Below the pieces are notes generated by a model that saw nothing but the letters and a program-made list of their open reading frames with translations, had not been told where the DNA came from and did no database searches. From an uncultured bacterium (lineage in GTDB: Bacteria; Muiribacteriota; UBA6191; CAZXTJ01; CAYOHP01), in assembly GCA_964403795.1 (NCBI GenBank), contig CAYOHP010000001.1, positions 85,420 through 149,419 on the forward strand: a stretch of 64,000 nt of DNA, in the 5' to 3' direction. This document shows positions 9,208 through 20,919 of this stretch, in pieces; position 1 is the stretch's first letter, and each line of letters starts with the position of its first letter. The translations under genes and the position numbers were made by a program.

Positions 9208-10428
9208 TCAGTCCTTCCCGAAAAGGGTCCAGACCACCAGGTCCTTGAACCGGGCCAGGGCCCCCTTGGGCTGGGCGTAGACGTTGCGGGCCAGACCCGT
9301 GATCTCGACCGAGACCGCCGATCGGGGATGGGTCATGATCACCGGCGACACGACCTTGCCCTCCCGCTCGGCCTGGAGCTGGGAGAAGCCGACCTGGCCG
9401 AGCAGTTCGATCCCGAGTTCGGTCGCCATGCCACCCGGGTCGACCTCGGGCTTCGCCGGCACCTTGTTGGCGATCAGCCGGATCCGACCGTCCAACCCCA
9501 GCGATCGGAGGGCCTCCACCAGCGGCCGGGCCCGTTCCAGCGAGTCCCGGGGCGGCTCGACCACCACCTGGGCCCCCTCGGCGAACCGGACCACCGCCTC
9601 GTCGAGCCTCCCCTGGCCGTCGCCGGCATCGACCACCACGTACCCGAACGCCTCCTGGATCCGGGGAAGGATCTCGCTCACGTGGCCCGGACCCAGCACG
9701 ATGCTCTGGGCTCCGGTGCCGGCCAGCAGGAAGATCCCGGAACCGAGGTCGGCGGCGTTCCGTCGGATCCCCTGGGGTGTGACGTCCCCGGACTCGAAGA
9801 TCCGGGAAAAGCTCCCGAAGTTGGTGAGCGCCCCCAGGAACCGTGGCAGGGCCGGCCGCGCCAGGTTCAGGTCCACCCCCACCGTGTCGATCCCGGTCAG
9901 CTCCCGGAGCTTGACCGTGAGCATGGCGACCAGGAACGAGGCGCCCTCGTGGCCCCCGGTCGAGAAGAACACCAGCCGACGCGGGTCCTGGCGGGCCTTG
10001 GAGGCCGCCTCCTGGCTGGGACGGAACTCCTCCAGGCGCTGCTTGTAGGCCCCCGCGATCCGCTCCGCGATCCGGGGATCGACCGCCATCAGCTCCTCGA
10101 AGTCGGCCCGTTCGACCCGGAGCAGCCGGGCCTCCTCGACCACGTCGGCATCCGCCATGCGCCGCTGGTCCCGGAGCAGGCCCATCTCCCCGAAGAAGCT
10201 CCCGGGACCGAGGTCCACCTCCCGCGCCTCCTGGACGCTCGAAGGCGGCACCCGGATCCTCACCGTTCCCGACTCCACCAGGAAGAAGCTGTCGGAGGGA
10301 TCCCCGCAGGCGAAGAGTCGGCTCCCGGCCGGGCGGAACACCCTCCGCACCGCGCCCGCCACCTTGCCGAGGGCATCGGAGGACAACCCCGAGAAGAGCG
10401 GGACCCGGGCCAGTTCCGAGGTCTGCAT
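9208..10428 (-). CDS. cyclic-nucleotide-binding domain fused to a ParA/MinD/CpaE-like domain with a degenerate P-loop
   Basis: cNMP-binding motifs (VPLFSGL, FGEMGLL, RMADA). ParA-fold region begins VFFSTGGHEGAS, where the Walker A KGGxGK[ST] is replaced. ATG at 10428 is preferred over GTG at 10443 because of the AGAGG RBS. Confidence 0.6.
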   Translation of the reverse strand: MQTSELARVPLFSGLSSDALGKVAGAVRRVFRPAGSRLFACGDPSDSFFLVESGTVRIRVPPSSVQEAREVDLGPGSFFGEMGLLRDQRRMADADVVEEARLLRVERADFEELMAVDPRIAERIAGAYKQRLEEFRPSQEAASKARQDPRRLVFFSTGGHEGASFLVAMLTVKLRELTGIDTVGVDLNLARPALPRFLGALTNFGSFSRIFESGDVTPQGIRRNAADLGSGIFLLAGTGAQSIVLGPGHVSEILPRIQEAFGYVVVDAGDGQGRLDEAVVRFAEGAQVVVEPPRDSLERARPLVEALRSLGLDGRIRLIANKVPAKPEVDPGGMATELGIELLGQVGFSQLQAEREGKVVSPVIMTHPRSAVSVEITGLARNVYAQPKGALARFKDLVVWTLFGKD

Positions 10429-10470
10429 GCCTCTACCGTACACGAGCCCCGGGAGGATCCGAACCGCTCG

Positions 10471-12747
10471 CTACCGGGCCGCGCCTCTCCCCAGCAGCCG
10501 AACCCTGAGCCACTCGACCTCGACGCCATTGCGATCGCCTCCCACCAGTCCGGAGTTCGCCTCCAACCAGGCGAAGGCCGTCTGCAGCAGGGGAAGGCGG
10601 CCCGCCGCGTCCCCGGCCCCGTCCGGAGGTGCCGGAAGGCGATCGAGTCCCCGGAGGAGGGCGAGCAGGCCACGTCCGGTGGCCGGCATGGCGATCCCGA
10701 GGACCCGCTCCTGGTGCTTCCCGAGGAACGCCAGGGCCTCCCGGGCCTTGCCTGCCTCGACGCCGGAATCCATGAGGAGCTCGAAGGCCGAGGAGGCGCG
10801 CACCTGGAGCAGCTCGGCCCCGGGCACGGTCTCCTCCACCGCCCTCACCAGGCAATCCCAGCGCCGCTCCGCCAGGTCGCCGACCGGATGACCCAGATGG
10901 CGCCGGGCCCGCACCTGGGCATCGAGGACGTGTCCCACCAGGTAGGCCGCCTCGGGCGTCGTCGGCTGCACCGGGACCAACCATTCGGTCGGGAGGAGCG
11001 AGAGCGGCAGATACCAGATCGGCCCGGACCGTCGGACCACCGAGACCCCGAGCTCGGCGACCGGGGCGGAAGGTCGCCGCCGGAGCTCGTCGCCGACCTC
11101 GAAGACCAGGGCCCTGAGGCTCCTCTCGACCGGCCCCAGCCACTCGGCGAGGCCGCGTCGCTCCGTCGGGATCACCGACACCGACTCGCACCAGACCGCG
11201 AACCTCCGGGAGAAGTTGAGCCGGGCCGCGGCCATGGCGGGAGCCGGGCCCGGGACCGTCCCGCCGGCTTCGAGGGCCGACTCGAATCGCTCCCGGGCGA
11301 TCTCGAGGTCCCCGGCCACGGCCCTGGCCAGGCGTACCAGACGGGCCCCCGCCGGAGTCGCCTCGAGTTCCCGCTCCACCTCCCGGGTGAAGATCGCTCC
11401 GGCGCCCACCCGACCCGCCTCCGGCCCGTCGGTCCCGGGCGGCTCGTCGACCCCGACCGCCAGCGGTCCCAGCGCCCCGCCCGGGACCGCCTTGGCGAGC
11501 GCCCTCTCCGCGTCCCGGAGCGAAGCCTGCGTGGAACCCGGCAGCTCGCCGGTCCGGGACCGGGCGAGTCCCACCTCCTGGAGCTGCGGACCGGAGGCGA
11601 CCCTCCGCACCAGTTCCCAGGGATCGTTCCGGAGGTCGGATCGGGACGCCAGGCGCACCATGCGATCGAGTTCGCTCCGGAGATCGTCAGCGGGTTCCCG
11701 AGGTGCCTCGCCGGGATCGGGCTGCCGGGCGATGGTGGGTGCCCCCGCCCCTTCCCGGAGGCCGGCCCGCTCGGAGAGGGCCCGACTCCGGTCCCGCCAG
11801 GCCAGGACCCCGAGACCGGTCGCCAGCACCAGGGTGGCCAGGATCCTGGGGAGGATCCGGCCGCGACTGTCGGACCCCTCGACCCCTGCCCGGAGCGCCA
11901 GGTTCCCCAGTCGGCGGGCCGGGGTTCGCGGACCGGGAGGGAACCTGGCCCGCTCGAGCCTCTCCTCCAGGGCCCGTCGCCCCTGGGGTCGCTCCGCCGG
12001 GTCGTCCACCAGCAGCGACTCGATCAGGATCCGCTCGGCCCGATCCGGCCCCAGGCGGGCGAACTTCGGGGCGGGCAGGGGCGATCCCGCACCCACCTGC
12101 GCCAGCTCCTCGGTCCCGTAGGGGAACCCCCGCTCCAGCAGCCAATAGAGCGAAGCACCCCAGGCGTACCAGTCCCCGGCAGGCTCCTGCCGTCCTCCCC
12201 TCAGGCACTCGGGGGGCAGGAAGCCCAGGCTCCCGATCCGCTGCCCGGTGCGGCTCAGGCGATCCCGGTGGGTGTCGAGCACCAGGCCCAGGTCGACCAG
12301 CACCGGGATTCGGCCCCGGTCGACCACGATGTTGGCCGGCTTCACGTCCCGGTGGACGAGACCCGCCCGGTGCAGCGCCGAGAGCCCCTCGGCAACCTCC
12401 AGGAGGAGAGGGAGGGGATCCCCGGGTGCGGCCTCCTCGAGCGAGACGCCCTCCAGGAGGCGGGTCACAAGATAGGGACGACCGTCCTCCACCCCCGAAT
12501 CGAAGATCGTGAGCACGTTGGGATGCCGGACCGCGGCCAACGCCAGGGCCTCCCTCTGGAACCGCTCCAGCACCGGTCGGGACGGCACCAGATCGACCAG
12601 CTTCACCGCCACCCGGCGACGTAGTTCCCGGTCCTCGGCCTCGAACACGGTGCCCATGGCGCCCCGTCCCAGCCGCCGGACCGGCGCGAACCGCCTGCGA
12701 AGCCCCTCCGGGTAGCCGGCGTGGTTCGGATCCCTCGAGGTCGCCAT
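10471..12747 (-). CDS. Ser/Thr protein kinase with one TM segment and a ~400-aa C-terminal domain
   Basis: LGRGAMGTVFEA, VAVKLV, VHRDVKPANIVV, DLG, PPE motifs. TM segment ILPRILATLVLATGLGVLAW. Confidence 0.8.
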   Translation of the reverse strand: MATSRDPNHAGYPEGLRRRFAPVRRLGRGAMGTVFEAEDRELRRRVAVKLVDLVPSRPVLERFQREALALAAVRHPNVLTIFDSGVEDGRPYLVTRLLEGVSLEEAAPGDPLPLLLEVAEGLSALHRAGLVHRDVKPANIVVDRGRIPVLVDLGLVLDTHRDRLSRTGQRIGSLGFLPPECLRGGRQEPAGDWYAWGASLYWLLERGFPYGTEELAQVGAGSPLPAPKFARLGPDRAERILIESLLVDDPAERPQGRRALEERLERARFPPGPRTPARRLGNLALRAGVEGSDSRGRILPRILATLVLATGLGVLAWRDRSRALSERAGLREGAGAPTIARQPDPGEAPREPADDLRSELDRMVRLASRSDLRNDPWELVRRVASGPQLQEVGLARSRTGELPGSTQASLRDAERALAKAVPGGALGPLAVGVDEPPGTDGPEAGRVGAGAIFTREVERELEATPAGARLVRLARAVAGDLEIARERFESALEAGGTVPGPAPAMAAARLNFSRRFAVWCESVSVIPTERRGLAEWLGPVERSLRALVFEVGDELRRRPSAPVAELGVSVVRRSGPIWYLPLSLLPTEWLVPVQPTTPEAAYLVGHVLDAQVRARRHLGHPVGDLAERRWDCLVRAVEETVPGAELLQVRASSAFELLMDSGVEAGKAREALAFLGKHQERVLGIAMPATGRGLLALLRGLDRLPAPPDGAGDAAGRLPLLQTAFAWLEANSGLVGGDRNGVEVEWLRVRLLGRGAAR

Positions 12748-13843
12748 CGGCCCCGAGAGTAGCTCCGGCTGCGTGTTAGTGTCCCCGGTCCATGGTGATC
12801 GGGCACGACCGCATCGATGCCGTGATCGCTCTCTTCTCGAACGAGCGCGATCGCTACGAGCGCCTGGCGCTCGAAGTGGCCCGCCGCTGCCGGGACCTGC
12901 TGCGCCAGAACGTGATCCGGGGCACGGTCCAGTTCCGGGCCAAGAACCCCGAACAGCTGCGCCGGAAGCTGCTGCAGCGTGGCCTGGAGCCGGCTCGCTG
13001 CTCCCCGGACATGGGGCCGGCCGAGACCCTGGCCTGCGTCGGCGATCTCGCCGGCGTCCGGATCAACACCTACGTCGAGAAGCAGCGGGAGGAAGTGGTC
13101 GGACTGGTGCAGCGACGCTTCTCCGCTCCCCCCGGGGCCAAGGAGGTCGTGGTCGAGGTCAAGGACCGCGACGGGGGAGTGAAGTTCTACCGGGCCACCC
13201 ACTGCCAGATCTCGCTCTCCCCGTCCGACCTGGCCCCGGACCAGGCCGACCTCGCCGGCATCGGCTGCGAGATCCAGGTCTGCAGCATGCTCGCCCATGT
13301 ATGGAACGAGATCGAACACGACCTCGCCTACAAGCCGCTCTCCGGGGCTCCCTCCGAGGACGAGGCGGACATCCTCCGGGCCATCGGCCAGATGCTGGTC
13401 GCCGGCGACGTGCTGATCAACCTGCTGCTGGAGGCCAACCATCGGCGCATCGCCCAGGTGAGCGGCGTCTTCACCGACGACTTCGATTTCGTGGTCAGGA
13501 CCCGCCCTCTGTTCCCCCAGGCCGGCGCCTTCCACCTCCACGCCCCGGCCCTGCTCCCGGAACTGCGCCGCCTGGGCTACGACTCCCTGGACCGGATCCA
13601 GGCCGGCCTGCTCGAGGACGAGCCTCCGGAGCGGATCGACACCGGCCTCGCCCGCCTCGGCGAGTACCTGCGGGAGGCCGGGGAGACCCGGTTCTCGCCC
13701 GACCCGCAGAGTTCGGACCGCCTGCTCCTCCCGCTCCTGGAACGCCATGCCGACGAGCTCGTGGACCCCGACAACGTCAGGGCCCACCTCCCCGGCGAGG
13801 GCCGGATCCCGGCTCTCGCGGAGGCGTGGCTCCGGGCCTGCGA

Positions 13844-15349
<1,506 letters not shown>

Positions 15350-15427
15350 GGCAATCCCTCTCCTCTTTCCTCCGAGCCTCCTACCCTACCCCCCCTGGGT
15401 GTCCGGCCCCGTTCGAAGCCTTGGTCT

Positions 15428-15460
15428 CCCCGCCCGCCCCGTAGTCGCGCTCGCGGGCGG
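15428..15460 (-). terminator. GC-rich hairpin downstream of the Hsp20 operon (putative intrinsic terminator)
   Basis: cccgcccgc ... gcgggcggg: 9-bp inverted repeat with a 15-nt loop, between the hsp20 stop and the degP start. Confidence 0.3.
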
Positions 15461-15498
15461 GCCCGCCGCTCCCCGGGGAACACGGCGAGCCCGCCAGC

Positions 15499-15885
15499 TC
15501 AGGCGTTGCGGACCTCGATCTTCCGGAAGGTCTCGGCCTTGGGGAGGACGATCTTCAGGACTCCGTCCCGGACCGTCGCCTCCACCTTCTCCGACTGCAC
15601 CTCGGCGGCCAGGTGGAAGTCGCGGTGGTAGCCGGCGAACGCTGCCGGACCCAGGCCCGCGTCCATCTCCCCGGGAGGCGGCGCGGCGTGGACCGTGAGG
15701 AGCCCGTCGTGCAGGCTCAGTTCCACTCCCTTCTCGTCGACCCCCGGGACGTCGACCACCAGGACGAAGGCGTCCCGGGTCTCGAGGACGTCGGTCCGGG
15801 GCGAAGCCATGGGGCGCGCCTCGGGCGCATCGATCCGCTGCAGACCACCGTTGCTGTCGCTCTTCACCAATGCCTTGTCGGTCAT
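15499..15885 (-). CDS. Hsp20/alpha-crystallin small heat-shock protein
   Basis: ACD pattern: TDVLETRDAFVLVVDVPGV ... GVLKIVLPK. Confidence 0.85.
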   Translation of the reverse strand: MTDKALVKSDSNGGLQRIDAPEARPMASPRTDVLETRDAFVLVVDVPGVDEKGVELSLHDGLLTVHAAPPPGEMDAGLGPAAFAGYHRDFHLAAEVQSEKVEATVRDGVLKIVLPKAETFRKIEVRNA

Positions 15886-15913
15886 GGTCGTACTCCTCTC
15901 CTCGCTGGGCGCC

Positions 15914-16381
15914 TCAGGCGCTCCGTACCGCGATCCTCCGGGGCTGGTCCTCGGCGGGACGCGGCAGTCGGAGGGTCAGGATCCCGTTCTTCAGGGAGGC
16001 TTCCACCTTGTCCGAATCCACCCGGAAGGGGAGCTGGAGGGTCCGGACGAACTCCCCGACCAGGCGCTCCCTCCGGTGCAGGTGCACCCCTTCGCCGGTC
16101 TCGGGACCGGACCGCTTGCCCTTCAGGGTCAGCGTCTGGCCGTGGACCGAGATCTCCAGATCCTCCGAACCCACTCCGGGGACCTCCGCCAGGATCCGCA
16201 CCTCGTCGTCGCCGGCGACCATGCGGACGTCGGGAAACCCGGTGCCGTATCCCAGGGCCCGTTCCGGACCTTCCCCGAGATACCCGTCGAACAGCCGGTC
16301 CATCTCCCTGCGGATCCTCTCCATCTCACGGAACGGATCCCGGAAGAACTCCGGCGAGAGCAGTCGCGTCGAGAAACGCAT
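15914..16381 (-). CDS. Hsp20/alpha-crystallin small heat-shock protein (second copy, 155 aa)
   Basis: True start is the ATG at 16381 (MRFSTRLL) inside the longer listed ORF. ACD motifs AEVPGVGSEDLEISV and GILTLRLPR. Confidence 0.85.
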   Translation of the reverse strand: MRFSTRLLSPEFFRDPFREMERIRREMDRLFDGYLGEGPERALGYGTGFPDVRMVAGDDEVRILAEVPGVGSEDLEISVHGQTLTLKGKRSGPETGEGVHLHRRERLVGEFVRTLQLPFRVDSDKVEASLKNGILTLRLPRPAEDQPRRIAVRSA

Positions 16382-16452
16382 GTTCCAGACCTCCTGATCC
16401 TTCCCGGAGGAGGGGCCTCTCCCCCCTCGCCGGGCGTACGGGATCCGGGAGA

Positions 16453-16468
16453 GCAGGGGGCGTGCCAG
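16453..16468 (-). promoter_or_regulatory. sigma-54 (-24/-12) promoter for the Hsp20 operon
   Basis: Minus-strand read is CTGGCACGCCCCCTGCT. TGGCACG-N5-TGC is one mismatch from TGGCACG-N4-TTGC, with correct GG-GC spacing, about 70 nt upstream of the ATG at 16381. Confidence 0.55.
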
Positions 16469-16644
16469 CTCGGGCCCGAGCCCACGGGAGCTGCGCCTCC
16501 CGATGTCGATTCCGGGCAGGGCGGGACCCGGGCGTCCGGTCCTGGACACCCCGCCGTCCGCTGTCGGACAGAGCGTCCGTCCGGAACCGGACACCAGGAA
16601 CCTCCCCTCCCGCTCGACCCGGTTCCTCGGGCCGGTACCCCGGC

Positions 16645-16659
16645 TGGCGCCGGCCTTGC
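16645..16659 (+). promoter_or_regulatory. sigma-54-type promoter for the hemerythrin-like gene
   Basis: TGGCGCcggccTTGC: consensus spacing, one mismatch in the -24 box. Confidence 0.45.
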
Positions 16660-16769
16660 TAGGGCAGAGGCGCGGTGGGAACGGGCCTGCGACGCCCCGG
16701 GTCCGCGCCCGCGCCACGCAGAGCGCGGGCTACGATGCGGGCCTGGGCAGGGCCCGAGGAGGTCGCCCG

Positions 16770-17375
16770 ATGCGGTGCATCGAACGGCACGAGAGGGAGC
16801 GATACCGGATCCTCTGCGCGCTCCGGGCCATGCACGATCGACTCGCCCGGGCGCGGTCCCCGGAGCCGGCGATCCTGGAAGCCTTCGTCGAACTGCTCCA
16901 TGGATGCGTCCTGGAGGACTTCTTCCCCCACGAGGAAGCCTTCGTGGACCGATGGGAGCGCCTGGCCGAGGTCCCGGCCTCCGAGAGCGCCCTGGCTCCC
17001 CTAGCCCACGCCCATCGGGTCACCCGGGACCAGATCGCGGAACTCGCCCTCCGGCTCCGGGAGCGTCGGGAGGACCCTGAACGGCTCCGGATCCGGGTCG
17101 ACCGGGTGGTGGTGCAGATCACCTCCAGCCTGGTCCGGGGCCAGGACGTCGTCGACGGGGTGGAGCGTTCGGTGGAAGAGCGCGCCGATCCCGGACTGGC
17201 ACGCCAGCTCGCGAGGACCATGCCGCGCCCGAGCGAGCGAGACGACCTCGAGAAGCGTCTCTCGGAGCTCCTGGAGAAGATCCGTGCCGGGAGCGACGAG
17301 GACCCGCCTCCGCGACCCGGACCCGGCACCGGTGGAGCCCAGTCCCCGGGAAGACGAGGGCCCAAGAGACCGTGA
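16770..17375 (+). CDS. hemerythrin-like (HHE cation-binding) domain protein, tentative
   Basis: ATG at 16770 with GAGGAGG 8 nt upstream. His/Glu-rich helical motifs (IERHERE, AMHDRL, LLHGCVLEDFFPHEE, LAHAHRVTRDQI). Confidence 0.35.
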   Translation: MRCIERHERERYRILCALRAMHDRLARARSPEPAILEAFVELLHGCVLEDFFPHEEAFVDRWERLAEVPASESALAPLAHAHRVTRDQIAELALRLRERREDPERLRIRVDRVVVQITSSLVRGQDVVDGVERSVEERADPGLARQLARTMPRPSERDDLEKRLSELLEKIRAGSDEDPPPRPGPGTGGAQSPGRRGPKRP

Positions 17376-17525
17376 ACCCTTCCCCGGCGTAGGCCCGAGA
17401 GCGACCCAGCGCCCCGCCTGCAAGGCGATCGACGAAGCGGGCAGCGGACCCTGCCTGCGAGGAGAGCGCTGCCGCAGTCGGGGATGATGGGGCGCTCGAA
17501 GCCCGGTGGGGAAGGGTTCACGGTC

Positions 17526-18767
17526 TCAGGCCAGGCCCAGCTCCTCCAGGCGCCGGTAGAGCGCGGGGCGGCTGATCCCCAGGGTCCTGGCCGCCTTCGC
17601 CTTGTTGCCCCCGGAGCGCGCCAGGGCGCGGCGGATCAGGGCCAGCTCCGCGTCCCTGAGGGTCGGACCGGCCCGCATCGCCGGATCTCCCCCGGGCTCG
17701 TCCCGGGACGGCTCGCTGTCGGCCGGTTCCGACCGCACGTGGTTCCGGATCTCCTCGGGCAGGTGCTCGACCTCGATCCGGTCCCGGGCCCGCCCCAGCG
17801 CGAAGATCAGATCGAGTACGTTCCAGAGCTCCCGCACGTTCCCGGGCCATGGATAGGACCTGAGCCTCTCCAGCGCCGGTTCGGCGATCTGGGTGGGCCC
17901 GGATCCATAGCGTTCCGAGAGCCGGTCGAGGAAGCTCCGGACCAGCGGACCCACGTCCTCGGGACGGGCACCCAGAGGATCGAGCCGGATCCGGAGCACC
18001 GCCAGACGATAGTAGAGATCCTCGCGCAGGGTCCCGGCCCGCACCGCCTCGAGCGGATCGCGGTTGGTGGCGGCCAGGATCCGCACGTCGACCGGGATCT
18101 CCCGGAGCCCGCCCACCCGGCGCACGGCCTTCTCCTGGAGTACCCGGAGGAGCTTGACCTGGAGCTCCACCGGCATCTCGCCAATCTCGTCGAGGAACAG
18201 GGTGCCGCCGGCGGCCGCCTGCACCAGACCCACCCGCTCGGTCAGGGCCCCCGTGAACGCCCCCTTCTCTGCCCCGAAGAGTTCGGCCTCCGCCAGGCTC
18301 TCGGGGAGGGCCCCGCAGTTCACGGGAACGAAGGGACCCTTGACCCGCGGCGAGAGACGGTGGATGGAGCGGGCGACCAGCTCCTTCCCGGTGCCCGAGG
18401 GGCCGGTGATGAAGGCCGGGCTCTCGGTGCGGGCCGCCGCCCGGACCAGTTCCTTGACGTTCACGATGCAGGTCGAGACGCCGACCAGGTCGGGAACCGG
18501 ATCCCGGGCCTCGGGCGCGGCCCGGTCCCCGTCCCCCGGGGATCGGCCGGACCGGGCCTCGAGCCAGGGAGCCAGGTCGGCGGCGAGCGCTTCCCGGGAA
18601 CCCGAGAGGTTCACGACCAGGAGCTCGGGATCCGCGTCGGGATCCGCGTCGAGGGCGAGGCCCGCACGGGTCAGGGCTCCGCGGAGCTCCGGACCCGCAG
18701 GCGGACCGATCCATCGGACACGTCGAGGCGCCTTCCCGGCCAATCCCGTCCTCCTCCTGCCCGCCAT
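17526..18767 (-). CDS. sigma-54-dependent transcriptional activator (bEBP, NtrC family) with a short, probably non-phosphorylatable N-domain
   Basis: Walker A GPSGTGKE. GAFTGA motif. ESLAEAELFG. C-terminal Fis-type HTH (AARTLGISRPALYRRLEELG). N-domain carries LLVVNLSG where a receiver Asp would sit. Start at 18767 (MAGRRR) chosen over the R-rich upstream extension. Confidence 0.85.
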   Translation of the reverse strand: MAGRRRTGLAGKAPRRVRWIGPPAGPELRGALTRAGLALDADPDADPELLVVNLSGSREALAADLAPWLEARSGRSPGDGDRAAPEARDPVPDLVGVSTCIVNVKELVRAAARTESPAFITGPSGTGKELVARSIHRLSPRVKGPFVPVNCGALPESLAEAELFGAEKGAFTGALTERVGLVQAAAGGTLFLDEIGEMPVELQVKLLRVLQEKAVRRVGGLREIPVDVRILAATNRDPLEAVRAGTLREDLYYRLAVLRIRLDPLGARPEDVGPLVRSFLDRLSERYGSGPTQIAEPALERLRSYPWPGNVRELWNVLDLIFALGRARDRIEVEHLPEEIRNHVRSEPADSEPSRDEPGGDPAMRAGPTLRDAELALIRRALARSGGNKAKAARTLGISRPALYRRLEELGLA

Positions 18768-18820
18768 CGTAGCGGCAGTCCCTGCTCTGCTACAGTCCCC
18801 GAGCCCAAGCGGGGAGGCCG

Positions 18821-20749
18821 ATGGTCGGCAACTGCGCGCTCTGTGACCATCCGATCCCGCGGGACGCCGTCGTCTCGCAGGGCAAGGTCCGTTGCCCGAG
18901 TTGCGGGTGCGAGACCCGGGTCGGGGACGACGGTGCGGTCCGGATCCATGGAGCCTTCGCCTCCGGCGACACCATGGTGGGCCCGGCGTCTCCGACCGCA
19001 GCCGCGGCCGCGGCTCCACCATCATCCGGTTCGGCAGCGGGGTCCCCGACCCCCTCGATCCCCGGATACGTGTTCCTGGCCCTGCTCGGTCGCGGCGGGA
19101 TGGGCACCGTCTATCAGGCCCGTCAACTGGCCCTCGACCGGGTGGTCGCGGTGAAACTGCTCTCCGACCCCTTCGCCTCCGATCCGGACTACGTACTCCG
19201 GTTCGAGCGCGAGGCCAAGGCCATGGCCAGCTTCAACCACCCGAACATCACCGCCGTCTTCGATCGAGGCAGCCAGGACGGACGGCCCTACTTCGCCATG
19301 GAGCTCGTCGACGGCCGACCGCTCCGGACCATCCTGCATGAGTCCGGCGGCAAGTTGCCCCAGGCCCGGGCCATGCGGATCCTCCTGCAGGTGGTCGAGG
19401 CCCTGGCCTACGTGCATGCCCGCGGCACCATCCACCGCGACATCAAGCCCGAGAACATCCTGGTCACCGCCGACGACCTGGTGAAGGTCACCGACTTCGG
19501 CCTGGCGGCGGTCATGGACTCGAAGAGCCTGGGCCTCACCCGTTCCAACGTGGCGATGGGAACCGTCCACTACATGGCACCGGAGCAGACCTCCGACGCC
19601 CGTTCCGCCGATCTGCGGGCCGATGTCTACTCCTTCGGGGTGACCCTCTACGAGGTCCTGGTGGGTGCCCTGCCCGTGGGCCGGTGGCTCCCTCCCCACC
19701 AGGTCGACGGCCGCCTCGACCCGCGCCTCGACAAGGTCGTCCTCACCTGCCTCCAGGCGGACCGGGAGGGGCGCTACCCCGACATGGCCCCGGTGAAGGC
19801 CGCCCTCTCCGAGATCCTCGCCCATCCGATCGCGGCCCAGGTGCTGGCGGACCGGGACGCCATCGACGCCCTCGATCTCGATCCCGACATCGACGAAGAA
19901 CCGGCGAAGACCAAGGTGCCGGGACCGGTCCCGCGGCCAGCCCCCCGTGCCCCTGCCGGCGGGCCGGCCGCCGCCTCGCCCCGGCCTCCCTCCCCGGCCC
20001 CTCCGCCACCTCCCTCCGGGCCGCCCCCGGGTCCACAGGCGGCGGCACCGACCCCACCCCGGCTCGGGGGCGTCGTCCTGCCTCCCCCTGGCACCCCCCC
20101 CGCTCCACCGGCCGCCGGCAACCCCAACATCGCCTCCGAGGACATCGTCCGGATCCTGGAGCGCGCCCGCGAGAAGGAAGCGCGCGACGGGCCGGTCACC
20201 CTGCGCTCTCCGCCTACCCGGGTCCACGGCTCGGAGCCGGAAGCGCCGCCACCCTCCCGGGCGCGGGGGCGGATCCTGGCGACGCTGGCGGTCCTCGCCG
20301 GGATCTTCCTGCTCGGACGCCACTTCGAGCCGGTGCTGGTCTGCTCGGTGCTCGGGTCCCTGAAAAGGAACGAACTCGAGGCCCAGCCCCCGGGCACCGG
20401 CCGCGATCTCCAGCTCCGACTCTGGGCCCTGGCCCGCGACCGGGGCCTCGGGATCGCCCGGGATCGTCCCCAGTCCCTCTCCTCCCTGGTCGCCTCCGGC
20501 AGCCCGGTGCGGGCCCGGATGGCGCTCACCCTGCTCTCCGGATCTCCCCGCCCCGAAGCGGTCGAGGTCATCACCCGGGGCGTCGCGCACCCCGACGCGA
20601 CGGTGGCGGAGACCGCCATCAAGGCCCTCCAGCGACAGGGCTCGGCCGAAGCCTCCTCGGCCCTCCAGCGGATCGCCACCTCGGGCATCCCGGGCCGCTC
20701 CGAGCTGGCGCGGGCGGCCCTGGCCCGCCTCGAGTCCGGGGGCAGCTGA
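18821..20749 (+). CDS. Ser/Thr protein kinase with an N-terminal zinc ribbon, Pro-rich linker, TM segment and C-terminal HEAT/PBS-lyase repeats
   Basis: C-x2-C-x17-C-x2-C. LGRGGMGTVYQA, VAVKLL, HRDIKPENILV, DFG, APE. HEAT-like ARMALTLLSGSPRPEAVEVITRGVAHPDATVAETAIKAL. Confidence 0.8.
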   Translation: MVGNCALCDHPIPRDAVVSQGKVRCPSCGCETRVGDDGAVRIHGAFASGDTMVGPASPTAAAAAAPPSSGSAAGSPTPSIPGYVFLALLGRGGMGTVYQARQLALDRVVAVKLLSDPFASDPDYVLRFEREAKAMASFNHPNITAVFDRGSQDGRPYFAMELVDGRPLRTILHESGGKLPQARAMRILLQVVEALAYVHARGTIHRDIKPENILVTADDLVKVTDFGLAAVMDSKSLGLTRSNVAMGTVHYMAPEQTSDARSADLRADVYSFGVTLYEVLVGALPVGRWLPPHQVDGRLDPRLDKVVLTCLQADREGRYPDMAPVKAALSEILAHPIAAQVLADRDAIDALDLDPDIDEEPAKTKVPGPVPRPAPRAPAGGPAAASPRPPSPAPPPPPSGPPPGPQAAAPTPPRLGGVVLPPPGTPPAPPAAGNPNIASEDIVRILERAREKEARDGPVTLRSPPTRVHGSEPEAPPPSRARGRILATLAVLAGIFLLGRHFEPVLVCSVLGSLKRNELEAQPPGTGRDLQLRLWALARDRGLGIARDRPQSLSSLVASGSPVRARMALTLLSGSPRPEAVEVITRGVAHPDATVAETAIKALQRQGSAEASSALQRIATSGIPGRSELARAALARLESGGS

Positions 20750-20919
20750 GGGACCAGGGACCTCTCGAGGATCCCGGTCTCCGGGAAGCTCCGCCCCAAA
20801 GTGGATCAATCCGGTCGTGTTAGACTCGACCCGACCTACGACCCGGGGGACGTGTGCGCTTCTCGGGTCCCTCGGGCGGAAGCCCGATCACCCGATCGAC
20901 AAGGAGCGGAGCGGTCACG

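Noticed and set aside
9328-12624. 1,098-aa plus-strand ORF, and similar giant ORFs at 6351-9122, 12773-15631, 25070-29134 (-), 30991-34374 (-), 40216-43686, 56186-59647 and 59198-63199 (-)
   Set aside because: All are R/G/P/D-rich, stop-free antisense or off-frame readings of high-GC genes. Each overlaps a gene with clear family motifs on the other strand or frame.
12771-12786. Shared CGTGTTAG(A/T) motif upstream of the RSD gene, also at 20816-20825 upstream of the membrane-protein gene
   Set aside because: Only two occurrences at different distances from their start codons (8 nt and 95 nt). This could be chance, and no known sigma/operator consensus is matched.
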